From positions 9,984 to 73,983 of the forward strand of contig CAYZJP010000002.1 of the NCBI GenBank assembly GCA_964478755.1: a DNA stretch of 64,000 bases, in the 5' to 3' direction. How positions within the stretch are numbered: the stretch's first letter is position 1; each line of letters starts with the position of its first letter. Source of the stretch: an uncultured Klebsiella sp. Lineage in GTDB: Bacteria > Verrucomicrobiota > Verrucomicrobiia > Limisphaerales > SXTU01. The notes under the pieces were generated by a model. The model did not search any database. It saw only the letters and a program-made list of their open reading frames with translations, and was not told the origin of the DNA. The translations under genes and the position numbers were made by a program. Below, in pieces: positions 1 to 9,066 of this stretch.

Positions 1-1
1 A

Positions 2-820
2 CCGCGCGCGGGCGGTGCGGAGCTTGAGTTTCTTCAGCCGCCACTCGGCGCGGTCGCTCGCCCAGAGGAGGCCCTTGCCGTGCATGAGGGCGGAGAGATG
101 CAGCAGCTTGCCACCCTCGCCGGCGCACGCGTCCCACCACGTCTCGGCGGGCTTCGGCGCGCAGACCATGCCGACGGCCTGGGAGGCGATGTCCTGAATC
201 TCAAACTCGCCGGCGTGAAACTCGGGCGTGCGAAACAAGTTTTCCTCGCCCGCGTAAGCGAGCGCGTCCGGCAGCGCGCCCGTGCGCGTGTGGCCGAGGA
301 CTTGCGCAATGGCGCGGAGGCGGCCGGGCTTTGCGCGGAGCCAGAGCGGCGGCTCGGCCTGGATGGCGCGCAGCCACGGGGCGCTCACGGGCACGGCGTC
401 GTTCACCCAGGCAGGGAGCGTGCGCGCGAGCAGGTCCGCGTCGCGGAAGGAGTGCGGGGCCATGGCGAACTCGGCGGTGTGTTCGAGCGCGCTGCGGACT
501 TGGGATTCGAGCTTGAGGGAGGCATCCAGCCACCCGCGCCAGCGGAAGTAGGAGAAGACGGCCTGGCTGACTTGGGCGGTGGTTTCCTTGGCCAGCCCGT
601 GGGTGTCACGGAGGGCCTGGCGGAGCACGGAGTCGGCGGGGCGTGCGCGGGAGGCTTGTGAGACGATGGCGGTGGCGAGCTTGAGCCAGCGGAAGGGATC
701 GGCCGGCGTGAGGGACGCGTCGGCGGAGTCCGCGAAGTCCGGGTTCTCGGGGACAAACCGGCGCGGCGGACGGCGGTGAAAGGATGGGCGGCGTGAATCC
801 GGCACGGCGTCCCGTAACAT
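2..820 (-). CDS. RsmB/NOL1/NOP2/Sun-family RNA m5C methyltransferase (3' part runs off the window)
   Basis: Hand translation from ATG at 820 (MLRDAVPD...) stays open to the window edge and contains EFEIQDIASQAV and WDACAGEGGKLLHL (SAM-binding motif). Absent from the ORF track because it has no stop in the window. Confidence 0.85.
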   Translation of the reverse strand, partial: MLRDAVPDSRRPSFHRRPPRRFVPENPDFADSADASLTPADPFRWLKLATAIVSQASRARPADSVLRQALRDTHGLAKETTAQVSQAVFSYFRWRGWLDASLKLESQVRSALEHTAEFAMAPHSFRDADLLARTLPAWVNDAVPVSAPWLRAIQAEPPLWLRAKPGRLRAIAQVLGHTRTGALPDALAYAGEENLFRTPEFHAGEFEIQDIASQAVGMVCAPKPAETWWDACAGEGGKLLHLSALMHGKGLLWASDRAEWRLKKLKLRTARAR

Positions 821-916
821 GTGAAACCGGTGCGGGCAAGCGTGGTCGGCGGGAATCCCGGCGAGAAACTGCTTGCGTGTTTGCGCGGGCGGGTGTTTCT
901 CCCGGCGAAGCTTTTC

Positions 917-1687
917 ATGAAAACCACATTGCCGCCGAATCCGTTCAAGCAAGCCCTGCGTGCCGGGCGTCCGCAGATTGGTCTGTGGAGCAGCCTGTGC
1001 AGCAGTCTCACGATGCAGGTCATCGCGGGCGCGGGGTTTGACTGGCTGCTGATTGACACCGAGCACGCGCCGAACGAGTTGCCGGCGGTCTTCAATCACT
1101 TGCAGGCGTGCGTCGGCGGCACGGCGTCGCCGGTGGTGCGCATCGCGTGGAACGATGCCATTCTGTTCAAGCGCTTCCTCGACATCGGCACGCAGAACTT
1201 CCTCGTGCCGTGGGTGCAGAACGCGGACGAGGCCCGCGCTGCCGCCCGCTCCGTGCGCTATCCGCCGCAGGGAATTCGCGGCGTCGCGGTGACGCATCGG
1301 GCGAACCAGTGGGGGAGGGTGACGGACTATTATCAGCGCGCGAATGACGAGGTCTGCGTGCTGGTGCAACTGGAGACGCGCGCGGCGCTGAGTCAGATCG
1401 AGGCCATCGGCGCGGTGGAAGGGGTGGACGGACTGTTCATCGGCCCGAGCGATCTCGCGGCGGACATGGGGCACCTGGGAAATAACCGCCATCCCGAAGT
1501 GAAGGCGTTGATTGAGGAGGCCTTGCCACGCATCCTCAAGACCGGAAAGGCGGCGGGCATTCTCGCACCGGTCGAGGAAGACGCGCGGCATTGGCTGAAG
1601 CAGGGTTTCACATTTGTCGCCGTCGGCTCGGACTTGGGAATCTTGGCGCGCGGCAGCGAGGCGCTGGCGGCGAAGTTCAAGTCATGA
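917..1687 (+). CDS. HpcH/HpaI-family class II aldolase (GarL/RhmA-like 2-keto-3-deoxy sugar-acid aldolase)
   Basis: GFDWLLIDTEH, VRYPPQGIRG, VQLET, GLFIGPSDL motifs; start placed at ATG 917 (MKTTLPPNPFKQAL). Confidence 0.9.
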   Translation: MKTTLPPNPFKQALRAGRPQIGLWSSLCSSLTMQVIAGAGFDWLLIDTEHAPNELPAVFNHLQACVGGTASPVVRIAWNDAILFKRFLDIGTQNFLVPWVQNADEARAAARSVRYPPQGIRGVAVTHRANQWGRVTDYYQRANDEVCVLVQLETRAALSQIEAIGAVEGVDGLFIGPSDLAADMGHLGNNRHPEVKALIEEALPRILKTGKAAGILAPVEEDARHWLKQGFTFVAVGSDLGILARGSEALAAKFKS

Positions 1688-2754
1688 AGTTATTTCCGCC
1701 TGAACAACTGGCCGCCCAAGCCGCCGCCATCCTGCGCGCGTGGGGACTCGACGACGAGAGCATCGCCGCGACGGTGGAGGTGATGCTTTACGCCGACTTG
1801 CGTGGCATCGAGTCGCACGGCGTCTCGACGATGACGCTCTACGACGAGTATCGCCGCTCGAACAAACTCACCGTGCGTCCGCAGCCGCGTGTGGTGCGCG
1901 AGACTTCCGTGACCGCGCTGGTGGACGGCGATGGAGGTCTCGGCCACTTGCCGTCGCAACGGGCGATGCGACTGGCGATGGACAAGGCCACAAAGTGCGG
2001 CGTGGGCGTGGTGTCAGTGCGGAACTCGAACCATTTCGGCGCGGCGGGCGCTTACGCGATGATGGCGCCGGAGCGCGGTTTGATCGGCTACGTGACGAGC
2101 GCGACGTGGCGGCCGGGCATTGTGCCGACATTCGGCGCGGACGCGATGCTCGGCACGAATCCGATTGCCTTCGCAGCGCCGTGCAAGAGCGGCCCGCCGT
2201 TCTGCCTCGACATGGCGACGAGCACGGTGGCGTTCAACAAGGTGAAAATGGCCGCGTGGCACGGGAAGGAACTGCGACCCGGCTGGGCGATGGACGCAAA
2301 TGGCCAGCCGCTCACGGACGCGGCAGCGGCGGTGAAGAGCATCCGGCTCACGCCGCTGGGCGGGTTGCCCGAGATGAGCAGCTTCAAGGGCTATGGGCTG
2401 GCGACGATGGTGGAGATCTTGTCCACGACGTTGAGCGGTGCGTTCTTCGCGGCGACGCGTCCGAAAGAGCATCCCGACGCGCCCCGGCACAACGTCGGCC
2501 ATTTCTTCCTGGCGCTGGACCCGAAGGCGTTCACCGAAGAAGGCGAGTTTGAATCGAGTCTGGATTCAACTCTGACCGCGCTTCGCGGGAGTCGTCGCGC
2601 GGACGAAAGCCAGCCGGTGCTGGTGGCGGGCGATCCAGAGCATGAACAACTGGCGCTCCGGCGGCGAAACGGGATTCCGCTCTCCGAGGAGATGCGCAAG
2701 ACGTTGCGCGGGCTGGGCGAGGCGGTCGGTGCGCCGTGGCTGCTGGGCCAATGA
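1684..2754 (+). CDS. Ldh_2-family oxidoreductase (malate/L-lactate/sulfolactate dehydrogenase-like)
   Basis: ADLRGIESHG, VRNSNHFGAAG, GTNPIAFAAP, LDMATS, KGYGLA motifs; ATGA overlap with the aldolase stop. Confidence 0.9.
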   Translation: MKLFPPEQLAAQAAAILRAWGLDDESIAATVEVMLYADLRGIESHGVSTMTLYDEYRRSNKLTVRPQPRVVRETSVTALVDGDGGLGHLPSQRAMRLAMDKATKCGVGVVSVRNSNHFGAAGAYAMMAPERGLIGYVTSATWRPGIVPTFGADAMLGTNPIAFAAPCKSGPPFCLDMATSTVAFNKVKMAAWHGKELRPGWAMDANGQPLTDAAAAVKSIRLTPLGGLPEMSSFKGYGLATMVEILSTTLSGAFFAATRPKEHPDAPRHNVGHFFLALDPKAFTEEGEFESSLDSTLTALRGSRRADESQPVLVAGDPEHEQLALRRRNGIPLSEEMRKTLRGLGEAVGAPWLLGQ

Positions 2755-2758
2755 CGGC

Positions 2759-3586
2759 CTAAAAGTTGAAGAAGTTGGTGATGCCCAGTGTGGCGTTGTT
2801 GATGAAGCGCCCGTCGGCGTTGGGGCCGCTCACCGGTTTGGCCTTCGCGACGCTGCCGTCCATGAAGGTCCACATCAGGCGTCCGCCGTGGGCTCCGCGC
2901 TTGGTGATCTGGCCGGTGTAGCGCGTGGGGTCATCGTAGTAGCCGGGCGGGGCGTTGACGTCGATGCCGACGACGTTGGTGCTCATGTCCGAGGTGACGA
3001 AGTTGCGCGTGGGCTGCGGCCACTGCTGGACGCGCTTGGAGGGTGCCCAGGCCGAGGCCGCACCAGTGAAGGCGTTCACGCCGGTGAGCCGGCCCCACAT
3101 GAGGGTGACATTCGCGTTGCGCTAGTCCACGGGCCGGTCGTTGAAACGGAGTTCGTAGCGGCTGACGGCGTTGAGGAAACTGCCGGTGAAGTGCGACTCC
3201 CCATACAATGCCGGACAGCGGGCGACCTTCGCCTCCTGTGCGGTCGTGGGCCACGTGTTGGTGGCCGCCAGGCCAAGGTAGCCGCGCAGAAAGAAGGCTC
3301 CATAGACGCGGTTGGCCAGATCCAAGTCTGCGCGCATGATGCGGGGATAGAACGCGGTGCCCATGCCGCCCGGGAGGAAGTCATCGTGGTCGCTGTGATA
3401 CAGGTTCACCGCGAGAATGACCTGCTTGCTGTTGTTCGCGCACACGCCGCCCCGGCCGGCCTGCTTGGCCTTGGCCAGCGCGGGCAGAAGCATCCCCGCG
3501 AGGATCGCGATGATGGCGATGACGACGAGTAATTCTATGAGCGTGAAACCACCAAGTTTGAGTGAGGCTGGGCGCATGGTTTTCAT
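2759..3586 (-). pseudogene. Prepilin-type N-terminal cleavage/methylation protein with C-terminal H-X9-DG motif, interrupted by an in-frame TAG at 3122-3124
   Basis: [25 protein letters not shown] at the N-terminus. ORFs 3122..3586 and 2759..3100 are in the same frame (...DRPVD*RNANVTLMWG...). The distal part carries HGGRLMWTFMDG. Confidence 0.8.
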
Positions 3587-3676
3587 GTGCTCTGGTCGGG
3601 TGCTGTCACGATGAAAACTAGTGCCGCGCGCGGGGCCGTCAATGAGAAGTTTTGCCGTTCACGCCGGGCAATCGGC

Positions 3677-3704
3677 TTGAGATAATCTGCCTCTGGCTTA
3701 GCAT
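3677..3704 (+). promoter_or_regulatory. Putative sigma70 promoter of tilS (TTGAGA-N16-TAGCAT)
   Basis: Consensus-like -35/-10 hexamers; the -10 ends 6 nt before the ATG. Confidence 0.45.
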
Positions 3705-3710
3705 CGCGCC

Positions 3711-5081
3711 ATGCACGCGCTCGTTGCCCATGTGAACACCAGCATCCGCCAGCGTGCGCTGCTCAAGGCTGGCGGAGGCGTGCTCGTGGCGGTGTCGGGT
3801 GGAGTGGACTCGATGGTCTTGCTGCGGGTGTTGCACACGCTCGCATCGGAGCGCGGTTGGCGGCTGGTGGTGGCGCATTTCAATCATCGGTTGCGCGGCG
3901 CGGCGAGCGATGGTGATGCGCGGTTCGTGCAGCGGGCTGCACAGAAACTTGGCCTGAACTGCGTGGTGGAAAATGGCGATGTGCGGACGTTGGCTCATGA
4001 GCGAAGCTGGTCCGTCGAAATGGCGGCGCGCGAGTTGCGACATGAATTTCTTGCGCGGACGGCGAAGCGGCTCGGCTTGAACACCGTGTCGCTGGCGCAC
4101 CACGCGGATGATCAGGTGGAACTTTTTTTCCTCCGCCTGTTGCGTGGCGCTGGCGGTGGCTTGGTGGGGATGAGATGGCGGAGCGCTTCGCCGGTGGACA
4201 AGTCGGTGGCGCTTATTCGCCCGCTGCTCGACCAGTCGAAGACCGCACTGATGGAGTTTGCGCGTAAGGAACAGATTCGTTTCCGCGAGGATGTCTCGAA
4301 CGAGTCGCAGGACATCCTGCGCAACCGCGTCCGGCGCGAACTACTGCCGCTGTTGCGGGAACATTATCAACCTGGCTTGGAACGCACGGTCTTGCGCACG
4401 ATGGAAATTGTCGGCGCCGAGGCGGAGTTCGCGCAGGCCGCCGCGCGGGAATGGCTGCGGAGAAAAACGCGCGCAGCGTTTGGCCGTCTGCCCGTCGCGG
4501 TGCAGCGGCAATGCGCCTGCCTCGAATTGACGCGACTCGATCTCGCCGCCGACTTTGAGCTGGTGGAGCGGCTCCGGCTCCAGCCCGGCGTGAAACACTC
4601 GTGGCACGGCGGCTGGCTGGTGCGGGATGCTGTGTCTGGCTGCGTGTCACAACAATCTGCCACGCCGACGCAGGATGACTCCGGGACCAGATCGCTCTCG
4701 CCACTGCCCGCGCGTGGCTCAGTGTCGCTCGATGGTGTTGAAGTGAAATGGCGAACCCGACCGCGTGCTCCAGGCACCGCGATTCTTCGTGCGAAGAACC
4801 ACGAACGTTTCGACGCGGACAAGGTTGGCGCGCGCGTTCTGCTGCGGCACTGGCGGCCCGGCGACCGTTTCCAGCCGAGCGGCATCGCGCGTCCAACGAA
4901 GCTGCAAGACCTTTTCACCAACGCGAAGATTCCCACGCGCGAGCGTCATCGGCTGCTCCTGGCCGAGGCGGTGGACGGACGGATTTTCTGGGTGGAGGGG
5001 CTGCGGATTTCAGAGCCGTTCAAGCTGGGCGCAATGACCCGCACGGAGCTGGACTGGCGGTGGCGGCGCTGTGGTGTTTGA
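3711..5081 (+). CDS. tilS: tRNA(Ile)-lysidine synthase
   Basis: VAVSGGVDS PP-loop, VVAHFNH, AHHADDQVE, C-terminal RHWRPGDRF...KLQDLF domain. Confidence 0.95.
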   Translation: MHALVAHVNTSIRQRALLKAGGGVLVAVSGGVDSMVLLRVLHTLASERGWRLVVAHFNHRLRGAASDGDARFVQRAAQKLGLNCVVENGDVRTLAHERSWSVEMAARELRHEFLARTAKRLGLNTVSLAHHADDQVELFFLRLLRGAGGGLVGMRWRSASPVDKSVALIRPLLDQSKTALMEFARKEQIRFREDVSNESQDILRNRVRRELLPLLREHYQPGLERTVLRTMEIVGAEAEFAQAAAREWLRRKTRAAFGRLPVAVQRQCACLELTRLDLAADFELVERLRLQPGVKHSWHGGWLVRDAVSGCVSQQSATPTQDDSGTRSLSPLPARGSVSLDGVEVKWRTRPRAPGTAILRAKNHERFDADKVGARVLLRHWRPGDRFQPSGIARPTKLQDLFTNAKIPTRERHRLLLAEAVDGRIFWVEGLRISEPFKLGAMTRTELDWRWRRCGV

Positions 5082-5235
5082 GGAGGGCGAACGTTGCTTG
5101 GGAGAGCTTCGCGCCGTTTTTTTCGACGCTCCGGCGAAATGTTTTGAAAAAAAACGCAACATTTTTTATCCAGCATCGAATAATGCTGACTCGGCTCCGT
5201 CAGGCAATGCAGACGAGAAACTTAGAAAAAACTGT

Positions 5236-6558
5236 ATGAGCAATTATCAACCTCGCTGGTGCAATTCTGCCGACCACAGCTTTTATTCCTCCCGCCGCAA
5301 TTTCCTCCAGGTTGGCGCGCTGGGCACGCTCGGGCTGACGCTCGGCGACGTGTTCAAGGCGCAGGCCTACGAGGCGATCCCCTCCAAGGAAGGCAAGGCC
5401 AAGAACGTCATCAACATTTACCTGCCGGGCGGCATGGCGCATCAGGAGTCCTTCGACCCGAAGATGTATGCCCCCATCGAGTATCGCGGGCCGCTCGGCA
5501 CCGTGAAGACCAAGCTCGACGGCGTGTATTTCTCCGAGCTGATGAAGGACACCGCGCAGATCGCCGACAAGATCACGGTCGTCCGCTCCATGACGCACGG
5601 CGAGGCGGCGCACGAGCGTGGCACGCACAACATGATGACCGGCGTCCGTCCCAGCCCGGCGCTGGTTTATCCGAGCTTCGGCTCCGTGGTTTCGCACGAA
5701 CTGGGACCGCGCAACAATCTCCCGCCCTACGTGGCGATTCCGTCGGTCACCGCCAACGGCGGCACCGGCTATCTCGGCTCGGCGTTCGCGCCGTTCAGCC
5801 TCGGGGCCGATCCGGCGAGCAGCGGCTACAGGGTTCGCGACCTCACGTTGCCCAATGGCATTGATGACAAGCGTTTCGCCACCCGCCGCTCGATGCGCGC
5901 CGCCGTGGACGAGCACTTCTCCAAGTTGGAGAAGACCGACGCGCTCGACGGCATGGACACCTTCTACCAACGCGCTTACAGCCTGATCTCCTCGGAGAAG
6001 GCCCGCGAGGCGTTCGACATCGAGAAGGAGACTTCCAAGCTGCGGGACGAATACGGCCGCAACACCGCCGGGCAGCGGATGCTGCTGGCCCGTCGCCTTG
6101 TGGAGTCTGGCGTGCGCTTCGTCTCCATGACCTACGGCGGCTGGGACATGCACGACAGCATCAAGCGCTCGATGGAAAACCAGATGCCCAATTTCGACCG
6201 CGCGTTTGCCCGGCTCATCCGCGACCTCGACGAGCGCGGGATGCTCGACAACACGCTTGTCTATGTCACTTCCGAATTCGGCCGCACGCCGAAGATCAAC
6301 CAGACCGCCGGCCGCGACCACTGGCCCAAGGTCTTCTCGATCGTCATGGCCGGCGGCGGCATCAAGCGCGGCTACATCCACGGCTCCTCCGACGCCCAGG
6401 GCGCGGAGCCGGAGAACGACCCGCTCACGGTCAGCAATTACTCGGCGACGGTTTACAGCCTCATCGGCATTGACCCGGAGCGCCGGCTCATGTCGCCGGG
6501 CAGCCGTCCGCAGGCCATCGTCATTGACGGCCACGTCGAGAAGGAACTGCTCGCCTGA
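5236..6558 (+). CDS. DUF1501 family protein (twin-arginine-like N-terminus)
   Basis: SRRNFL, LPGGMAHQESFDPK, GGWDMH, TSEFGRTPKIN, GRDHWP, GGGIKRG motifs; start at ATG 5236. Confidence 0.9.
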   Translation: MSNYQPRWCNSADHSFYSSRRNFLQVGALGTLGLTLGDVFKAQAYEAIPSKEGKAKNVINIYLPGGMAHQESFDPKMYAPIEYRGPLGTVKTKLDGVYFSELMKDTAQIADKITVVRSMTHGEAAHERGTHNMMTGVRPSPALVYPSFGSVVSHELGPRNNLPPYVAIPSVTANGGTGYLGSAFAPFSLGADPASSGYRVRDLTLPNGIDDKRFATRRSMRAAVDEHFSKLEKTDALDGMDTFYQRAYSLISSEKAREAFDIEKETSKLRDEYGRNTAGQRMLLARRLVESGVRFVSMTYGGWDMHDSIKRSMENQMPNFDRAFARLIRDLDERGMLDNTLVYVTSEFGRTPKINQTAGRDHWPKVFSIVMAGGGIKRGYIHGSSDAQGAEPENDPLTVSNYSATVYSLIGIDPERRLMSPGSRPQAIVIDGHVEKELLA

Positions 6559-6654
6559 GCTGGCCTCGAAACGCATGGCGTTTCCGTCGAACACTTAACT
6601 GAACCAAGGCAGGGCAATGTCCGTCGCACGGCGTTGCCCTGTTTTACTTAAAAC

Positions 6655-9033
6655 ATGAAAAAGTTGTCCCTCGCCCTGCTGGCCGCCTGCGTCGTGAACG
6701 CCAGCGCGGTCGCCCCGTCGCTGCAAAACACCACGCCCAGCGGCCTTCAGCGCGGCACCGAGGCCGAGCTGAAGTTCAACGGCGCGCGCCTCGCCGACGC
6801 CGAGGAGGTCATCTTCTACGAGCCGGGCGTGAAGGTGCTGGAGCTGAAGGAGACAAAGGACAACTACGTTCTCGCGCGGGTGAAGCTCGACGCCGACTGC
6901 CCGCTCGGCGAGCACAAGGTTCGCGTTCGCACCAAGACCGGCGTCTCGGATTTCCGCACGTTCACTGTCGGGCCGTTTCCCCAAGTCGAGGAGAAGGAGC
7001 CGAACAACACGATCGACAAGGCGCAGAAGATCGCGCTGAACTCGACCGTGCTCGGCACGATGGGCAACGAGGACGTGGACTACTACTCCGTCGAGGTGAA
7101 GAAGGGCGAGCCGCTCTCGGTGGAAGTCGAAGGCATGCGCCTCGGTCGCACGATGTTCGATCCCTACGTCGCCATTCTCGACAAGCACGGCAAGGTGCTC
7201 GCGAAGGCCGACGACACCGCGCTCTTCATTCAAGACACTTACGCGACGATCATCGCTCCGGCGGACGGCGAGTATTTCATCGAGGTCCGCGAAACCAGCT
7301 ACGGCGGCAGCGGAAACCCCTATCGTGTCCACATCGGCAGCTTCCCGCGGCCCAGCGCGGTGTTTCCTCCCGGCGGCAAGGCCGGCGAGTCGCTTGAAGT
7401 GAAATTTCTCGGCGACGCCAACGGCGACTTCATGCAGACCTTCAGCCTGCCGCAGCCCAACCGTTTCAAGTTCGGCGTGTTTGCTGAGCGCAAGGGTCTT
7501 AGCGCGCCGTCGTTCAACATGGTGCGCATCTCGCCGTTCGGAAACGTCAATGAGAAGGAGCCGAACGACGATGTGGCGCACGCGACCGCCTACAGTGGCC
7601 CGCTGCCGATCGCCTTCAACGGCATCATCGACAAGCCGGGCGACGTGGACTGGTATCGCTTCAGCGCGAAGAAGGGCGAGACCTACGACATCAACGTCTA
7701 CGCTCGGCGCATCCGCTCGCAGCTCGACACCGTGCTCGTGCTGGCCGACGCCGATGGAAAGACCATCACCAGCAACGACGACTCCGGCGGCGCGGACAGC
7801 TACCTGCGCTTCACCGCGCCGCGCGACGGCGAGTTCACGCTCAAGATTTCCGACCACCTCGGCTACGGCGGGCCGGATTGCACATATCGTGTCGAACTGA
7901 CGGCGGTCGTGCCCGAGCTGAACACCTACATCGCGGACACGGCGCGCTACGACGCGCAGACGCGCAAGTCCATCGTCGTCGCGCGGGGCAACCGCTTCGC
8001 CTCACTTCAGAGCGTGCGACGCAAAGATTTGCCGGGCGAAGTGAGCGACTTGGAGTTCGCGATGGAAGGCTTTCCCTCCGGCATCACGATGCAGGCCGTG
8101 CCGGTTCCCAAGGATCAAACCACCTGGCCGGTGGTCTTCGAGGCTCGCGCCGACGCGCCCATCGCGGGCAAGCTCGCCAACCTCGCCATCCACAGCCCGG
8201 CGGACGCGAAGACGCAGGTCAAGGGCGGCATCTGGCAGAACTACGACCTCGTGCAGGACGGCAACAACGGTGTGTATTACCAGACGTGGACGGACAAGAT
8301 CGCCGTCGCCGTCGTGGATGAACTGCCGTTCAAGATCAGCATTGAGCCGCTGCGTGCGCCGCTCGTGCAGAGCGGCTCGTTGGACGTGAAGGTTCTCGTC
8401 GAGCGCAAGGAGGGCTTCGACGAACCCATCAAGGTCATCAACCTCTACAATCCGCCCGGCACCGGCAGCACACCGGACATCACCATTCCGAAGGGCGAGA
8501 AGTCTGCCGTCTATCCGCTGAACGCCAACGGCGGTGCGCCGACGAAGAACTGGAAAATTGCCTTCCTCGGCTCTGCGACTGTCAGCGGCGGCACGGCTTA
8601 CGCCTCCTCGCAACTCGCCGACCTTGAGGTTGCGCCCGCGTTCGTCGGCGGCAAGATAGCGCAGACCAACACCATCGTCGGCACATCCGTCCGGCTTCAC
8701 TGCTCGCTCGAGCAGAAGACGCCTTTCGAGGGCCGCGCCGAGGTGAAGCTCCTGGGATTGCCAGCCGGCGCGACCGCCGAGGCGAAGTCCATCACCAAGG
8801 ACGACAAGGAAATCATTTTCGAGGTGAACACCGCCACGAACGCCGTCAAGGGCATGCACCGCTCGCTCTTCGTCGCAATGAACCTCAAGCTCAAGGGCCA
8901 GGACGTGACGCAGACCTTTGCCAGCAGCGGCGCGCTGCGCATTGATCCGACCCGTCAGCAGTTGGCTGAGGCCAAGCCCGAAGCCAGGCCAACACAGAAG
9001 TCCCAGAAGTCACCGACCAAGCCCGGCAAGTGA
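6655..9033 (+). CDS. Secreted PPC (pre-peptidase C-terminal) repeat protein of the DUF1501 cluster
   Basis: Signal peptide; repeated EKEPN...GDVDWY/DVDYY and DDT/DDS..D units; no catalytic protease motif seen. Confidence 0.75.
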   Translation: MKKLSLALLAACVVNASAVAPSLQNTTPSGLQRGTEAELKFNGARLADAEEVIFYEPGVKVLELKETKDNYVLARVKLDADCPLGEHKVRVRTKTGVSDFRTFTVGPFPQVEEKEPNNTIDKAQKIALNSTVLGTMGNEDVDYYSVEVKKGEPLSVEVEGMRLGRTMFDPYVAILDKHGKVLAKADDTALFIQDTYATIIAPADGEYFIEVRETSYGGSGNPYRVHIGSFPRPSAVFPPGGKAGESLEVKFLGDANGDFMQTFSLPQPNRFKFGVFAERKGLSAPSFNMVRISPFGNVNEKEPNDDVAHATAYSGPLPIAFNGIIDKPGDVDWYRFSAKKGETYDINVYARRIRSQLDTVLVLADADGKTITSNDDSGGADSYLRFTAPRDGEFTLKISDHLGYGGPDCTYRVELTAVVPELNTYIADTARYDAQTRKSIVVARGNRFASLQSVRRKDLPGEVSDLEFAMEGFPSGITMQAVPVPKDQTTWPVVFEARADAPIAGKLANLAIHSPADAKTQVKGGIWQNYDLVQDGNNGVYYQTWTDKIAVAVVDELPFKISIEPLRAPLVQSGSLDVKVLVERKEGFDEPIKVINLYNPPGTGSTPDITIPKGEKSAVYPLNANGGAPTKNWKIAFLGSATVSGGTAYASSQLADLEVAPAFVGGKIAQTNTIVGTSVRLHCSLEQKTPFEGRAEVKLLGLPAGATAEAKSITKDDKEIIFEVNTATNAVKGMHRSLFVAMNLKLKGQDVTQTFASSGALRIDPTRQQLAEAKPEARPTQKSQKSPTKPGK

Positions 9034-9066
9034 GCTGAACAGAAACTTAAAACTGATTACTTTCGC

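Noticed and set aside
3122-3124. Pyrrolysine or stop-codon reassignment as the explanation for the in-frame TAG
   Set aside because: TAG ends several well-defined genes in this window, and no pyl genes are visible.
5137-5164. AT-rich inverted repeat AAATGTT-N14-AACATTT upstream of the first DUF1501
   Set aside because: Could be an operator, but it is a single short instance in AT-rich promoter DNA with no matching copy before the other DUF1501 genes.
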